A DNA stretch of 64,000 nucleotides, from the NCBI GenBank assembly GCA_036149055.1, contig JAYZQJ010000079.1:9669-73668 (forward strand), read 5' to 3'. The DNA is from Myxococcota bacterium. Its GTDB lineage: Bacteria; Myxococcota_A; Polyangia; Polyangiales; Sandaracinaceae. Position numbers and translations under genes: made by a program. The notes below the pieces were generated by a model that worked only from the letters and a program-made list of their open reading frames with translations, did not search any database and was not told where the DNA came from. Positions 38,735 through 49,843 of this stretch are shown here, piece after piece. The number at the start of each line of letters is the position of its first letter. Position 1 is the stretch's first letter.

Positions 38735-40381
38735 ATGGGGCTGCTCGATCCGGAGCCGACGCCGTACGATCCGCTCGCCTGGCGTCGGATGCCGCTCGCC
38801 GAGCGGGGCCGGCTGGTGTGCGAGGCCTGGGCGATGCAGGGCTACGGCGCGCCCCTCGGCATCTACCTCGCGTACGGGCTCAAGGTGCTCGCCTACGTGG
38901 GCGGCTGGGTCTTCTTCTGCGGCTTCTCGCCCAGCCTCGGGCCGCCGCTCGAGATCGCCTCGTGGTGGCTCGCGCCGCTCGCGTTCCAGAAGGCGATCCT
39001 CTGGAGCATGCTCTTCGAGGTGCTCGGGCTCGGCTGCGGGAGCGGCCCGCTCACCGGGCGCTACTTCCCGCCGGTCGGCGGCTTCCTCTACTTCCTCCGC
39101 CCCGGGACGACCAAGCTGCCGCTCTTCCCGCGGGCGCCGCTCGTCGGCGGGGTGACGCGCAGCTGGCTCGACGTCGGGCTCTACGCGGCGCTCGTCGGCG
39201 TGCTCGTCGCGCTGCTCACCGCGCCCACCCTCGAGCCGCGGCTGCTGATGGCGGTGGCCGCGCTCGTCCCGATCCTCGGCGTGCTCGACCGCACGCTCTT
39301 CCTCGCGGCCCGCGCCGAGCACTACTGGGTCACCGTCGTCGTCTTCCTCTTCGCCGGCGACTGGATCGCGGGGGCCAAGGCGGTGCAGCTCGCGCTCTGG
39401 TTCTTCGCCGGGTTCTCCAAGCTCAACCATCACTTCCCCACCGTGGTGTGCGTGATGACCAGCAACGGCCCGCTCACCCGCTTCCGCTGGCTGCGCCGCC
39501 GCATGTACCGCGACTTCCCGCGCGACCTCCGCCCGTCGCGGCTCGCGGTCGTGCTCGCGCACCTCGGCACCGCGCTCGAGCTGGGCGTGCCCCTCGTGCT
39601 CGTCTTCGCGCCCGCCGGTGACCTCCTCGTCGTCGGCATGATCCTCATGCTCCTCTTGCACGGCTACATCACCAGCAACGTGCCGATGGGCGTGCCCATC
39701 GAGTGGAACGTGATGGTCGTCTACGGCGCGTTCGCGCTCTTCTGGGCGCACCCCGACGTCACGATCCTCGACCTCGGCTCGGCGCCGCTCGCGGTCTTCC
39801 TCGCGCTCGCGCTCGTGGCGCTGCCGCTCGCCGGCAACCTCCTGCCCGAGCGCCTCTCGTTCCTGCTGTCGATGCGCTACTACGCGGGGAACTGGGCCTA
39901 CTCGGTCTGGCTCCTGCGCGAGGGCAGCCACGTGAAGCTCGCCAAGCTCCGAAAGTCGTCCGGCTGGATCTACGACCAGCTCGCCCGCTTCTACGACGAG
40001 GGCACCGCCGTCGGCCTCGTCGGCAAGGTGCTCGGCTTCCGGCTGATGCACCTCCACGGCCGGGCCCTGCCGCTGCTCATCCCGAAGGCGGTCGACCGCT
40101 TCGAGGACTACGAGTACCTCGACGGCGAGCTGATCGCGGGCATGGCCCTCGGCTGGAATTTCGGCGACGGCCACCTCCACGACGAGCGCCTCCTGTCGGC
40201 CATCCAGGCGCAGTGCGGCTTCGAAGAGGGCGAGCTCCGATGCGTCTTCGTCGAGTCGCAGCCGCTGGGCCGCGGGCGCCTCGCCTACCGCATCGTCGAC
40301 GCGAAGACCGGGGAGCTCGAGCGCGGCGCCCTCGACGTCGCCGAGCTCCGTACCCGTCAGCCCTGGGCGGCCGAGGCGTGA
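38735..40381 (+). CDS. DUF3556-family membrane protein
   Basis: FEVLGLGCGSGPLTGRY, FLAARAEHY, SKLNHHFP, PMGVPIEWN, SMRYYAGNW, GWNFGDGHLH. Confidence 0.82.
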   Translation: MGLLDPEPTPYDPLAWRRMPLAERGRLVCEAWAMQGYGAPLGIYLAYGLKVLAYVGGWVFFCGFSPSLGPPLEIASWWLAPLAFQKAILWSMLFEVLGLGCGSGPLTGRYFPPVGGFLYFLRPGTTKLPLFPRAPLVGGVTRSWLDVGLYAALVGVLVALLTAPTLEPRLLMAVAALVPILGVLDRTLFLAARAEHYWVTVVVFLFAGDWIAGAKAVQLALWFFAGFSKLNHHFPTVVCVMTSNGPLTRFRWLRRRMYRDFPRDLRPSRLAVVLAHLGTALELGVPLVLVFAPAGDLLVVGMILMLLLHGYITSNVPMGVPIEWNVMVVYGAFALFWAHPDVTILDLGSAPLAVFLALALVALPLAGNLLPERLSFLLSMRYYAGNWAYSVWLLREGSHVKLAKLRKSSGWIYDQLARFYDEGTAVGLVGKVLGFRLMHLHGRALPLLIPKAVDRFEDYEYLDGELIAGMALGWNFGDGHLHDERLLSAIQAQCGFEEGELRCVFVESQPLGRGRLAYRIVDAKTGELERGALDVAELRTRQPWAAEA

Positions 40382-41808
40382 CGGACGCGGTCGTCATCGG
40401 CTCGGGGCCGAACGGGCTGGCCGCCGCGGTCTCCCTCGCGCAGCAGGGCGCCGAGGTGCGGGTGATCGAGGGGCACGCGCAGATCGGCGGGGGCACCCGC
40501 ACGGCGGAGCTCACGCTGCCCGGCTTCCATCACGACGTCTGCTCGGCCGCGCACCCGATGGGCATCCTCTCGCCCTACCTCCGCACGCTGCCGCTCGAGG
40601 CGCACGGGCTGCGGTGGATCCAGCCGCCGATCAGCGTGGCGCATCCGCTCGACGACGGGCCGGCGGTGCTGCTCCACCGCGACCTCGAGGCGACGATGGC
40701 CCAGCTCGGGCCGGACGCCGGCGCCTACCGTCGCCTCATCGCGCCCTTCCTCTCGAACCCTCACGGCCTGCTCGAAGACCTGCTCGCGCCGCTCGGCATC
40801 CCGAAGCACCCGATCCAGATGCTGCGCTTCGGTCTGCGCGCGATCCGCTCGGCCACCGGGCTCTCGAAGCGCTTCCGCGAGGACCGCGCCCGGGCGCTGA
40901 TCGCGGGCTGCGCCGCGCACGCGATCATGCCGCTCGACCACAAGCTCACCGCGGCGCTCGCGGTCGTCTTCCTCCTCACCGGGCACACCGCCGAGTGGCC
41001 GGTGGCGGAGGGCGGGAGCCACGCGATCACGAAGGCGCTCGCCTCGCTGCTCGAGAGCCTCGGCGGGCGGATCGAGACCGGCCGCTGGGTCCGCTCGCTC
41101 GCCGACCTGCCGCCCGCGCGGATCTATCTCTTCGACACCGCGCCCCGCGGGCTCGCCGACATCGCGGGCTCGGTCCTCCCCGACCGCTACCTGCGCCGCC
41201 TCTCTCGCTTCCGCTACGGCCCCGGCGTCTTCAAGCTCGACTGGGCCCTCGACGGACCCATCCCCTGGCGCGATCCGCGGGCCCGCGAGGCGTCGACCGT
41301 GCACGTCGGCGGCACGCTCGAGGAGATCGCGGCCAGCGAGGCGGCGATGTGGCGGGGCGAGCACCCCGAGCGCCCCTTCGTGCTCGTGGTGCAGCAGAGC
41401 GAATTCGACCCGTCCCGGGCCCCGGCCGGCAAGCACACGGGCTACGGCTACTGCCACGTGCCGCACGGCTCCACCGTCGATCACACGGCCGCGATCGAAG
41501 CCCAGATGGAGCGCTTCGCGCCCGGGTTCCGGGACCTGGTGCTCGCGCGCCACGCGATGACGGCCGCCGACTTCGAGGCCTACGATCCCGCCTACGTCGG
41601 CGGCGCGATCACCGGCGGCGTCGCCGACCTCTTCCAGCTCTTCACCCGGCCGGTCGCGCGCCTCAGCCCCTACACCACGCCCAACCCGCGCGTCTTCCTC
41701 TGCTCGGCCTCCACCCCGCCCGGCGGCGGTGTCCACGGGATGTGCGGCTTCCACGCCGCGAAGGTGGCCGCCCGCCGCCTCTCGCGCTTCCCGGTCTCGC
41801 CGCTCTAG
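40378..41808 (+). CDS. Phytoene desaturase-like NAD(P)/FAD oxidoreductase (COG1233)
   Basis: GSGPNGLAAA, HDVCSAAHP, CSASTPPGGGVHGMCG; GTGA overlap with upstream gene. Confidence 0.9.
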   Translation: MTDAVVIGSGPNGLAAAVSLAQQGAEVRVIEGHAQIGGGTRTAELTLPGFHHDVCSAAHPMGILSPYLRTLPLEAHGLRWIQPPISVAHPLDDGPAVLLHRDLEATMAQLGPDAGAYRRLIAPFLSNPHGLLEDLLAPLGIPKHPIQMLRFGLRAIRSATGLSKRFREDRARALIAGCAAHAIMPLDHKLTAALAVVFLLTGHTAEWPVAEGGSHAITKALASLLESLGGRIETGRWVRSLADLPPARIYLFDTAPRGLADIAGSVLPDRYLRRLSRFRYGPGVFKLDWALDGPIPWRDPRAREASTVHVGGTLEEIAASEAAMWRGEHPERPFVLVVQQSEFDPSRAPAGKHTGYGYCHVPHGSTVDHTAAIEAQMERFAPGFRDLVLARHAMTAADFEAYDPAYVGGAITGGVADLFQLFTRPVARLSPYTTPNPRVFLCSASTPPGGGVHGMCGFHAAKVAARRLSRFPVSPL

Positions 41809-41869
41809 CAGTGCGCGGCGAATATGCGCGTGATGGATCGGCGAGCGCAGTCATTTTCGCCGCGGGCTG

Positions 41870-42484
41870 CTAGACGTCCAGATCCCAGCTGGCGGCGACG
41901 CGGACGAGCTCGGCCTGGGTGCGCACGCCGAGCTTGCGGCGGATGCGGTCGCTGTAGGTGTAGACGGTGCTCGCCGAGAGGCCGAGCGCGAAGGCCGCCT
42001 CCTTGGTCGTCTCGCCGGTGGCGAGGCGCTCGAAGACCTGGAGCTCGCGCGGGGTCAGGATCTCGTCGGGGGCCTGCGCCGCCGGCGCGTCGAGCAGGGC
42101 CTGGAGCTCGGGCGGGAGGCGTCGCTCGCCGCGGTGCAGGGCGTGGAGCGCGTCGACGTAGTCCTCGAGCGAGCTCGACTTGGGCAGGTAGCCGCGCGCG
42201 CCGGCGTGCACGAGCGCGGCGATGGCGGCGTCGATCGGGTGCAGCGTGAAGAGCAGGATCGGGGCGCCGAAGCGGGCCACCGCCTCCACCGTGCGCGGCC
42301 CGGCCATCCCGGGCATCTGGACGTCGAGGCTGATGACGTCCACCTCGTGCGCCTGGGCCAGCTCCAGCAGCGCCTCGACGCCGCCCGCCGACGCGGTGAC
42401 CTCGAAGGAGGGCTCCACCTCGGCGAAGCGCGTGATGCCCTGCACGACGATCGGGTGGTCGTCGGCCACGAGCACCCGGATCAC
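41870..42484 (-). CDS. NarL/LuxR-family response regulator
   Basis: VADDHPIV, LDVQMPG, LTPRE..HTH. Confidence 0.92.
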   Translation of the reverse strand: MIRVLVADDHPIVVQGITRFAEVEPSFEVTASAGGVEALLELAQAHEVDVISLDVQMPGMAGPRTVEAVARFGAPILLFTLHPIDAAIAALVHAGARGYLPKSSSLEDYVDALHALHRGERRLPPELQALLDAPAAQAPDEILTPRELQVFERLATGETTKEAAFALGLSASTVYTYSDRIRRKLGVRTQAELVRVAASWDLDV

Positions 42485-43794
42485 GCCGACGCCTCCAGCC
42501 GGGGCGCGGGGGCGAGGGGCACGTGCAGGCGGATGGCGGTGCCGCCCGCGCCGCTCTCGATGTCGAGCTCCCCGCCCAGCGCCGCCGCTCGCTCGCGCAG
42601 CCCGCGCAGCCCGTAGCCGGTCGCGGCGATCCGGGGGTCGAAGCCCCGGCCGTCGTCGACCACCTCGGCGGTCACGCGGCGCGCGTCGCCGTCGACCGAG
42701 ACCCGCACGCTCGAGGCGCGGGCGTGCTTGAAGGCGTTGGTGAGCGCCTCCTGCACGAGGCGGTAGATGGCCTCGCGCTCCCGCGGGGGCAGCGGCGTCT
42801 CCAGCCGCACGGACGTGCTGAGGGCGAGCTCGGAGCGCGCCCGCAGCGGCGCCACCAGCTCCTCGAGGCTGCGCGACAGCGGCGGGAGGCTCCGGGGCTC
42901 TCGGAGGCGGTCGATGAAGCGCCGCACCGAGCCGTCGAGCGTCTCGACGACGTTGGACAGGTAGTCGAGCTTGGGGCCGTCGCCGGCGGGCACGTCGGCG
43001 AGCCGCCGCTCGAGGTGGGCCAGCTCCATGCGCACGCCGACGATCAGCTGGCCGAGGTCGTCGTGGAGCTGGCGCGCCACGTCCGCGCGCTCGGTGGTGG
43101 CCGACTCCAGCGCGGTGGCGAGATCCCCGAGGGCGCGCGAGCGATCGTCGACCTCGCGCTCCAGCCGCGAGGCGTGGGCGGCGAGCTGCGCCTGCTGCCG
43201 CTCGAGCCGGCGACCGAAGAGAAACCGGTCTCGCATGATCCGGTGCACGTTGTGCCCGAGCACCACGCTGATCACCGTCACCGCGGTCAGCACCACCATC
43301 GGCACGTGGATCATCGGGTGATCCAGGTAGGCGGGGCTCCGCGCGAAGTAGGTGACGGCGAAGGTGCCGGCCCCCGCGAGGGTCATCAGGATCCGCGCGC
43401 GCAGCCGCAGCGGGAGGCTGATCGAGAGCGGCGGGAGGGTGTAGACGACGTAGAAGAAGGGGCTGTCGAGGGCGCCCATCCGGCTCACGTGCATCGCCGC
43501 GCCCCACGCGGTCGCCGTGTGCATGACGAGGGCGAAGACGAGGGGGCGGCGGCCGGCGAGCGGCAGGTAGCGGAAGATCAGCCAGGACGCCGCGGCCACG
43601 CCGGTGAGCACCCCGAGCCAGAGGCGGCCCGGGCCCTCGAGGGGCTGCCCCGCCAGCGCGATCCTGCCGATGATCCAGGCGCCCGCGAACAGGCCCACGC
43701 AGACCGCCGCGGTGCGCTCCATGCGCCGGCGGATCTCCTCGAGGGTGAACTGTTCGAAGGCGCGGGCGTCGGCCGCCGTCGTCCTCTCGTCCAC
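42481..43794 (-). CDS. Membrane sensor histidine kinase (HisKA_3)
   Basis: ARQLHDDLGQ, QEALTNAFKHA, DDGRGF, GYGLRGLRERA. Confidence 0.92.
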   Translation of the reverse strand: MDERTTAADARAFEQFTLEEIRRRMERTAAVCVGLFAGAWIIGRIALAGQPLEGPGRLWLGVLTGVAAASWLIFRYLPLAGRRPLVFALVMHTATAWGAAMHVSRMGALDSPFFYVVYTLPPLSISLPLRLRARILMTLAGAGTFAVTYFARSPAYLDHPMIHVPMVVLTAVTVISVVLGHNVHRIMRDRFLFGRRLERQQAQLAAHASRLEREVDDRSRALGDLATALESATTERADVARQLHDDLGQLIVGVRMELAHLERRLADVPAGDGPKLDYLSNVVETLDGSVRRFIDRLREPRSLPPLSRSLEELVAPLRARSELALSTSVRLETPLPPREREAIYRLVQEALTNAFKHARASSVRVSVDGDARRVTAEVVDDGRGFDPRIAATGYGLRGLRERAAALGGELDIESGAGGTAIRLHVPLAPAPRLEASA

Positions 43795-43846
43795 GGTGAG
43801 GACACCCTAGCACCTGGCCTCGCCGAGGGGCCATTTCGCCCCGGTT

Positions 43847-44194
43847 TCAGTACCTCTTCTGGAAGAGCTCGACGCGCACGTTCCCGGGCATGCGGAAGTG
43901 GATCACGAGGCCGTAGCCCTGGTCCTGGATCTCGTCGTCGAACTCGACGCCGCGCTCCTTCAGCTCCGCCACCGTCTTCTCGATGTCGTCGCAGATGAAC
44001 GACACGTCGTGGGTGCCCGACGGCGGCGCGCCCTCGTGGTCGACCGGGTGCACGCCCATGTCGGCCATCGGCAGGTCGAAGATCAGCCAGCCGCCGCCCA
44101 CGTCGCGCGCCGGGATCTTCAGCTTGTCGCGCATGAACGCGCGCAGCGCCTCCGCCTCTTCCGAGAAGTACATGCCGTGAATGCCGGTGATCAT
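43847..44194 (-). CDS. VOC/glyoxalase family protein
   Basis: FICDDIEKTVAELKERGVEF..QGYG..PG.VRVELFQ. Confidence 0.85.
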   Translation of the reverse strand: MITGIHGMYFSEEAEALRAFMRDKLKIPARDVGGGWLIFDLPMADMGVHPVDHEGAPPSGTHDVSFICDDIEKTVAELKERGVEFDDEIQDQGYGLVIHFRMPGNVRVELFQKRY

Positions 44195-45144
44195 CGCGTC
44201 CCCTCCTTCTGCGCGAGCTTGTGTCGCGCCTTCTTCACCGCGAACGCCACGCCCTGGGCGTTCAGCTCCATGTCGGTCTTCAGGATCTCTCTCGCGCCGC
44301 CGTCGTCGGCCAGCCCGTGGGTCTCGAGCAGCTGGTCGAAGAGCGCGCGGACCCGAGCCTCGCAGAACGCGTCGAGCGCGTCCTCGTCGATCTCGTCCGC
44401 GAGCGCCTGCGCCACGATGCCGCCGTAGACGTCGAGCTGCCGATGCAGCTGCCCGGCGATGCCCTCGAGCTGCTCGTGGCCGCCGAAGTGCGTGAGGTAG
44501 GCGCGGTCGGCGCCGGTGGCGACGATGCGGTCGAGGCTCGCCTTGGCCGCCGGCGCGTCGAAGTCGGTCGGCGACGTCGAGGGGATGGCGAACAGCCCGT
44601 GGTGCTGGAGCCGCGGGTAGACGAGGCCGAAGGCGTCGCCGGTGAAGATCGCGTTCGTCTTCGAGTCGAGCACGCAGAAGTGATGGTTGGCGTGCCCGCG
44701 GGTGTGCAGGAACGTCAGGGTCCGCGCTCCCCACCGCAGGGTCTCGCCGTCGTCCATCGTGCGGACCCGGGCCTCGTCGATCGGCCGGATCTCGCCGTAG
44801 AGCGAGGCGAAGGTCTCCTCGCCGTAGACCTGCTGCGCGCTGGCCACGAGCTTGCTCGGATCGATGGCGTGGCGGGCCGCGCGCGGGTGGGCCAGGAGCG
44901 TCGCGTTGGGGCACGCCTCCATCAGCGCGGAGGCGCCGCCGGCGTGGTCGAGGTGCACGTGGGTGATGATCACCCAGTCGACCGCCTCGGGCTGCAGGCC
45001 CTCGGCCTCCAGGGCCGCGAGCAGCTTCGGGACCGCGTGCGTCGTGTTCGTCTCGACGAACGCCGCGCGGTCGCCCTCGCGCATCAGGTAGGCGGCGGCG
45101 AAGCCCTCGCCCAGGTAGTCGCAGTCGATGGTGGTGACGCTCAT
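44191..45144 (-). CDS. MBL-fold metallo-hydrolase
   Basis: THVHLDHAGG, GHANHH, FTGDAFG, LTHFG. Confidence 0.9.
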   Translation of the reverse strand: MSVTTIDCDYLGEGFAAAYLMREGDRAAFVETNTTHAVPKLLAALEAEGLQPEAVDWVIITHVHLDHAGGASALMEACPNATLLAHPRAARHAIDPSKLVASAQQVYGEETFASLYGEIRPIDEARVRTMDDGETLRWGARTLTFLHTRGHANHHFCVLDSKTNAIFTGDAFGLVYPRLQHHGLFAIPSTSPTDFDAPAAKASLDRIVATGADRAYLTHFGGHEQLEGIAGQLHRQLDVYGGIVAQALADEIDEDALDAFCEARVRALFDQLLETHGLADDGGAREILKTDMELNAQGVAFAVKKARHKLAQKEGTR

Positions 45145-45177
45145 GTGCGGGAGTCTGCCGAGCGCCGCCCCGAACGC

Positions 45178-45212
45178 AAACGCCCCCGGAGCGGGCAGCT
45201 CCGAGGGCGTCG
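45178..45212 (-). terminator. Intrinsic terminator after fusA
   Basis: Minus strand GACGCCCTCGGAGC-TGCCC-GCTCCGGGGGCGTT followed by T-rich bases. Confidence 0.55.
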
Positions 45213-45233
45213 CGTGTGAGGCGAGGGCGGGAG

Positions 45234-47324
45234 CTACTTGCGCTGCTCCTGACGCGCCTTCACCTCCTCCTTGACCTTCTCGACGATGTTGTTCGGCACC
45301 GGGGAGTAGTGGCTGAACTCCATCGAGAACTGGCCGCGGCCCGAGGTGGTCGAGCGGAGGTCGCCGATGTAGCCGAACATCTCGGCGAGGGGCACGTCCG
45401 CCTTGATGCGCACGTTGGTCGGGCCCTGCTCCTGGCTCTTGATCATGCCGCGCCGACGGTTGAGGTCGCCGATGACGTCGCCGACGTTGTCCTCGGGCAC
45501 GAAGACGTCGACCTTCATGATCGGCTCGAGCAGCTGCGGGCCGCACTTCGGCATGGTCTGCCGGAACGCCGCGCGGGCCGCCGCCTCGAAGGCCATCTGC
45601 GAGGAGTCGACGGCGTGGAAGCCGCCGTCCGTGAGGATGAGCTTGAAGTCGAGGAGCGGGAAGCCGACGAGCGGGCCCTTGTCGATCTGGCTCTTGAAGC
45701 CCTTCTCGACCGAGGGGATGTACTCCTTCGGCACGTTGCCGCCGGTGACCTTCGACTCGAAGACGAAGCCGGTGCCGGCCTCGCCGGGCTCGACCGTGTA
45801 GTCGATCTTCGCGAACTGGCCGGAGCCGCCGGTCTGCTTCTTGTGGGTGTAGCTGTCGGTGACGGTCTGGGTGATCGTCTCGCGGTAGGCCACCTGCGGC
45901 TTGCCGACGTCGGCCTCGACGCCGTGGGTCCGCTTGAGGATGTCCACCTTGATGTCGAGGTGGAGCTCGCCCATGCCCTTCATGATCGTGTCGCCCGACT
46001 CCTCGTCGACCTCGACGTGGAAGGACGGATCCTCGGCGACCATCTTGCCGAGCGCGGCGTTGAGCTTCTCGCTGTTGGCCTTGTCGCGCGGGATGATCGC
46101 GACCGAGATGACCGGGTCGGGGAAGACCATCGGCTCCAGCGTCGCCGGGTTCTTCACGTCCGCGAGGGTGTGACCGGTGCGCACGTTCTTGAGGCCGACG
46201 GCGGCGACGATGTCACCGGCCTGGGCCACGTCGAGCATGGTGCGGTCGTTCGCGTGCATCTCCACCATGCGGCCGATGCGCTCGGTCTTGCCGGTGAAGG
46301 TGTTGAGCAGGGTGTCGCCCTTGTTGATGGTGCCCGAGTAGACGCGGATGAAGGTCAGCGCGCCGAAGCGGTCGTCCATGATCTTGAAGGCGAGCGCCCG
46401 GACGGGACCGGTCGGGTCGACGACCGCGTGACCGCCGGTCTCGTTGCCCTCGAGGTCGATCTCGGGCTGCGGCGGGACCTCGGTGGGGTCGGGGAGGTAG
46501 TCGACGACCGCGTCGAGCACCTGCTGCACGCCCTTGTTCTTGAACGAGGAGCCGCAGTAGGTGGGGAAGAACGCGAGGTCGCGCGTGCCCTTGCGGATGC
46601 AGCGCTTGATGGTCGCGACGTCGGGCTGCTCGCCCTCGAGGTACTTCTCGAAGACCTCGTCGTCCTGCTCGATGGCGGTCTCGACGAGCTCGGTGCGGTA
46701 CTTCTCGACGTCCGCCTTCATGTCCTCGGGGACGTCCTTGACCTCGTAGTTCTCGGGGAGACCGGTGTCGTCCCAGATGTAGGCCTTGCGCTCGAGGAGG
46801 TCGACGACGCCGACGAAGTCACCCTCGGTGCCGATCGGGAGCACCATGACGAGGGGCTTGGCCGCGAGGACGGTCTTGATCTGGTCGACCACGCGGTAGA
46901 AGTCGGCGCCGAGGCGGTCGAGCTTGTTCACGTAGATGATGCGCGCGACCTTGGAGTTGTTGGCGTAGCGCCAGTTCGTCTCCGACTGGGGCTCCACGCC
47001 ACCCGAGCCGCAGAAGACGCCCACGCCGCCGTCGAGCACCTTGAGCGAGCGGTAGACCTCGATGGTGAAGTCGACGTGCCCGGGGGTGTCGATGATGTTC
47101 AGGCGATGATCCTTCCAGAAGCAGGTCGTGGCGGCCGACTGAATCGTGATGCCGCGCTCCTGCTCCTGCTCCATGAAGTCGGTCGTGGCGGCACCGTCGT
47201 GCACCTCGCCGAGCTTGTGGATCTTACCGGTGAGCTTGAGGATCCGCTCCGTCGTGGTCGTCTTGCCCGCGTCCACGTGGGCGAAGATCCCGATGTTGCG
47301 GTACTTGCTGAGGTCCTTCGTCAT
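45234..47324 (-). CDS. fusA: Elongation factor G (stand-alone copy)
   Basis: [41 protein letters not shown]. Confidence 0.96.
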   Translation of the reverse strand: MTKDLSKYRNIGIFAHVDAGKTTTTERILKLTGKIHKLGEVHDGAATTDFMEQEQERGITIQSAATTCFWKDHRLNIIDTPGHVDFTIEVYRSLKVLDGGVGVFCGSGGVEPQSETNWRYANNSKVARIIYVNKLDRLGADFYRVVDQIKTVLAAKPLVMVLPIGTEGDFVGVVDLLERKAYIWDDTGLPENYEVKDVPEDMKADVEKYRTELVETAIEQDDEVFEKYLEGEQPDVATIKRCIRKGTRDLAFFPTYCGSSFKNKGVQQVLDAVVDYLPDPTEVPPQPEIDLEGNETGGHAVVDPTGPVRALAFKIMDDRFGALTFIRVYSGTINKGDTLLNTFTGKTERIGRMVEMHANDRTMLDVAQAGDIVAAVGLKNVRTGHTLADVKNPATLEPMVFPDPVISVAIIPRDKANSEKLNAALGKMVAEDPSFHVEVDEESGDTIMKGMGELHLDIKVDILKRTHGVEADVGKPQVAYRETITQTVTDSYTHKKQTGGSGQFAKIDYTVEPGEAGTGFVFESKVTGGNVPKEYIPSVEKGFKSQIDKGPLVGFPLLDFKLILTDGGFHAVDSSQMAFEAAARAAFRQTMPKCGPQLLEPIMKVDVFVPEDNVGDVIGDLNRRRGMIKSQEQGPTNVRIKADVPLAEMFGYIGDLRSTTSGRGQFSMEFSHYSPVPNNIVEKVKEEVKARQEQRK

Positions 47325-47544
47325 CGCCTGTCCATTTCGTCCGGCCTGCTGCCGGGCATGCACTTCGGAGGCCGCTTCCTAGCGAAGAAAAGCCCGGTCC
47401 GCCAGTGGACGGATCGGGCACGTCGGCCCGCGCGCCCCGGGAGCGCGCTCCGGGCGCGTTATGCCCGGAAAAAGCTGGCCCCGCCACCGAATCCGGAATG
47501 ACGGATCGGGGCGGGGCCGAGACTGCCTCGGGCGGCCGGCGGGA

Positions 47545-48381
47545 TCAATCGTCGTCGTCACCGCGACGGCGCCGACGGTGACCGCGGTCGTCGTCGTCAC
47601 CGCCGCGTCGGGCGCGCACCCGAGCGCGGGGCCCCCGGTGCTCCACGACCACCCGCGCGCCGGGCGGCCGGGGGGCGTGGGCGCGGACCTCGACGCGCGG
47701 GGGCTCCGGGCGCCGGACCACCACGCGCGGCCGGGGCGGCTCGGGGGCGCGGACCCTCACGTCGACCCGCGGCGGGCCCGGGCGCTCGACGACCACGGTG
47801 GCGCCGGGCGGGCGCGGGCGCTCCACCACGATGTTGGCCCGCGGCGGCTCCGGGCGCTGGACCACGACCTCGGCGCGCGGGTTGGCCCGGGCGCGCCGCT
47901 CCACGACCACGTCGGGCGCGGCGGGGGCCTCGATGATGACCACGGTCGGCGCGCGGCCGCGGTAGGTCTGGCCCTGCACGAGGAGCGAGACCTCGACCGG
48001 GCCCGGGGCCACGGTCGCCCCGGTCAACGATCCGCGGAAGCGGGCCTGTCCGGGATCCCAGACGAGCATCACCGGCCGCGGCCCCGCGTCGGTCGCGACC
48101 TGCACGGTCAGCTGGGCCGAGGCGGGCTCTGGCGCGGCGTCGGCCACGAAGTAGGCCTCCACGGCGCCGTCCTGGTGCGGCACCACCTCCACCGGGTGCG
48201 GCCCTGCGACGACCACGGTCCCGCCGTGCTGGGGCGCGGGCGCGGGCCCGGCGGCGACCTGCACCGTCGTCGGCTCACCGATCGGAGCGATCTCGGCTTC
48301 CGCGGTCTCTTCCCCGCCGCAGCCGGCGAGCGCGAGAGCGGCCATCCAGGTCAGATGCGAACAGATCCGAATCGAGCGCAT
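47545..48381 (-). CDS. Hypothetical lipoprotein with Val/Pro/Arg-rich repeats
   Basis: Lipobox LAGC; repeated VVVERPxPP units. Confidence 0.7.
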   Translation of the reverse strand: MRSIRICSHLTWMAALALAGCGGEETAEAEIAPIGEPTTVQVAAGPAPAPQHGGTVVVAGPHPVEVVPHQDGAVEAYFVADAAPEPASAQLTVQVATDAGPRPVMLVWDPGQARFRGSLTGATVAPGPVEVSLLVQGQTYRGRAPTVVIIEAPAAPDVVVERRARANPRAEVVVQRPEPPRANIVVERPRPPGATVVVERPGPPRVDVRVRAPEPPRPRVVVRRPEPPRVEVRAHAPRPPGARVVVEHRGPRARVRARRGGDDDDRGHRRRRRGDDDD

Positions 48382-48472
48382 GACACGTTCCTCTCTTCCG
48401 GCCGTCGGGCCCACCTGCACGGCGGGCAGTGTATAACGCTCTTTGTACCCGCGCGTAGGGGGAACCCCGTCA

Positions 48473-49801
48473 GTGGCGAACGTGTTGGCCGAGTGGTCGA
48501 GATCACTGAGGAAACGAGCGGCCGAGCCGGTGGACGGAGCCTCGCTGGGGCTGGTTCGGGTGGCTTTCGGCCTCCTGGTGGCCGATCGGTGCTGGTCCGA
48601 TCTGCGGGACGGCTTCGTGGACGGCGCGCTCCTCGAGCCGGCCCACCGCCTCACCTACGACGGCTTCCACTGGGTCGCGCCGTGGCCGGGGGTGGGGCTG
48701 CACGTGCACGTCGTGATCACCGCGCTCGCGGGCCTGCTGCTCGCGGCCGGGGCCCTGCACCGGGTCGCCGCGCTCGTGTTCACGCTCGGGCACGCCTACC
48801 TCTTCCTGCTCGACGAGACCCACTACCTCAACCACGACTACCTCATCGGGCTGCTGGGGCTCTTGCTCGCCGTCCTCCCGGCCGACCGCGCGCTCTCGGT
48901 GCGGGCCCTCCGCCGCGGCGCCGAGACCATCCCCCGGGGCGCGATCTGGCTGCTCCGCGCGCAGATCGGGCTCGTCTACTTCTACGCCGGCGTCGCGAAG
49001 CTCAACGCCGACTGGCTCAGCGGCTGGCCGCTCCGGATCTGGCTCGCGGATCGGAGCGCGATGCCCCTGGTCGGGCCCTGGCTCGAGGAGCCGTGGCTCG
49101 CGGTCCTGATGTCGTGGTCGGGCGCGGCGATCGATCTGGCCGCCTGGCCGCTGCTGTCCCATCGCCGCACCCGGCCGTGGATGTTCGGCGTCCTGCTCTC
49201 GTTCCACTTCCTCAACGCGCAGCTCTTCGACATCGGCGTCTTCCCGATGCTCTCGGTCGCGGTCACCACGATCTTCTTCGCGCCCGACTGGCCGCGGCGC
49301 TGGCTCCGCCTCGGGGAGGCGCGCACCCACCGGCCGAGCCGACGTCCCGGGGCGCTCTTCTCGCTCGGCGCCCTCTGGCTCGCCGTGCAGCTCGCGCTCC
49401 CGCTGCGCCCGTTCTTCTACCCCGGCGACCCGTCGTGGACCGAGGAGGGGCACCGCTTCTCGTGGCACATGAAGCTGCGCGACAAGGACGGCGAGGCCCG
49501 CTTCTTCGCCCGCGACCCCGAGAGCGGCGCGGTGTGGGAGCTCGACCTGCGCGCGCTCTTCACCGAGCCCCAGATCTCCGAGCTGAGCGGGCGGCCGCAT
49601 CTGCTCCATCAGGCCGCCGCCATCGCGCGGGCCGACGTGCGCGCGCGGCTCGGCGTCGACCCCGAGATCCGGGTCGAGGCCCGCGTCTCCCTCAACGGTC
49701 GCGCTCCCCAGCTGCTCGTCGATCCCGCGGTGGACCTCGCGCGCGCCGAGCGCCCGGTGTTCGGTCACACCCCGTGGATCCTCCCCCTCGAGGACCGATG
49801 A
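48473..49801 (+). CDS. HTTM / vitamin K-dependent gamma-carboxylase-like membrane protein
   Basis: DGASLGLVRVAFG, YLNHDYL, VYFYAGVAKLNADW, IGVFP, WTEEGHRFSWHMKL, SLNGR..LVDP. Confidence 0.88.
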   Translation: MANVLAEWSRSLRKRAAEPVDGASLGLVRVAFGLLVADRCWSDLRDGFVDGALLEPAHRLTYDGFHWVAPWPGVGLHVHVVITALAGLLLAAGALHRVAALVFTLGHAYLFLLDETHYLNHDYLIGLLGLLLAVLPADRALSVRALRRGAETIPRGAIWLLRAQIGLVYFYAGVAKLNADWLSGWPLRIWLADRSAMPLVGPWLEEPWLAVLMSWSGAAIDLAAWPLLSHRRTRPWMFGVLLSFHFLNAQLFDIGVFPMLSVAVTTIFFAPDWPRRWLRLGEARTHRPSRRPGALFSLGALWLAVQLALPLRPFFYPGDPSWTEEGHRFSWHMKLRDKDGEARFFARDPESGAVWELDLRALFTEPQISELSGRPHLLHQAAAIARADVRARLGVDPEIRVEARVSLNGRAPQLLVDPAVDLARAERPVFGHTPWILPLEDR

Positions 49802-49843
49802 ATCTGCTGCATGCGGGCTTCGGGCGTCATACTGTCGCCGGAC

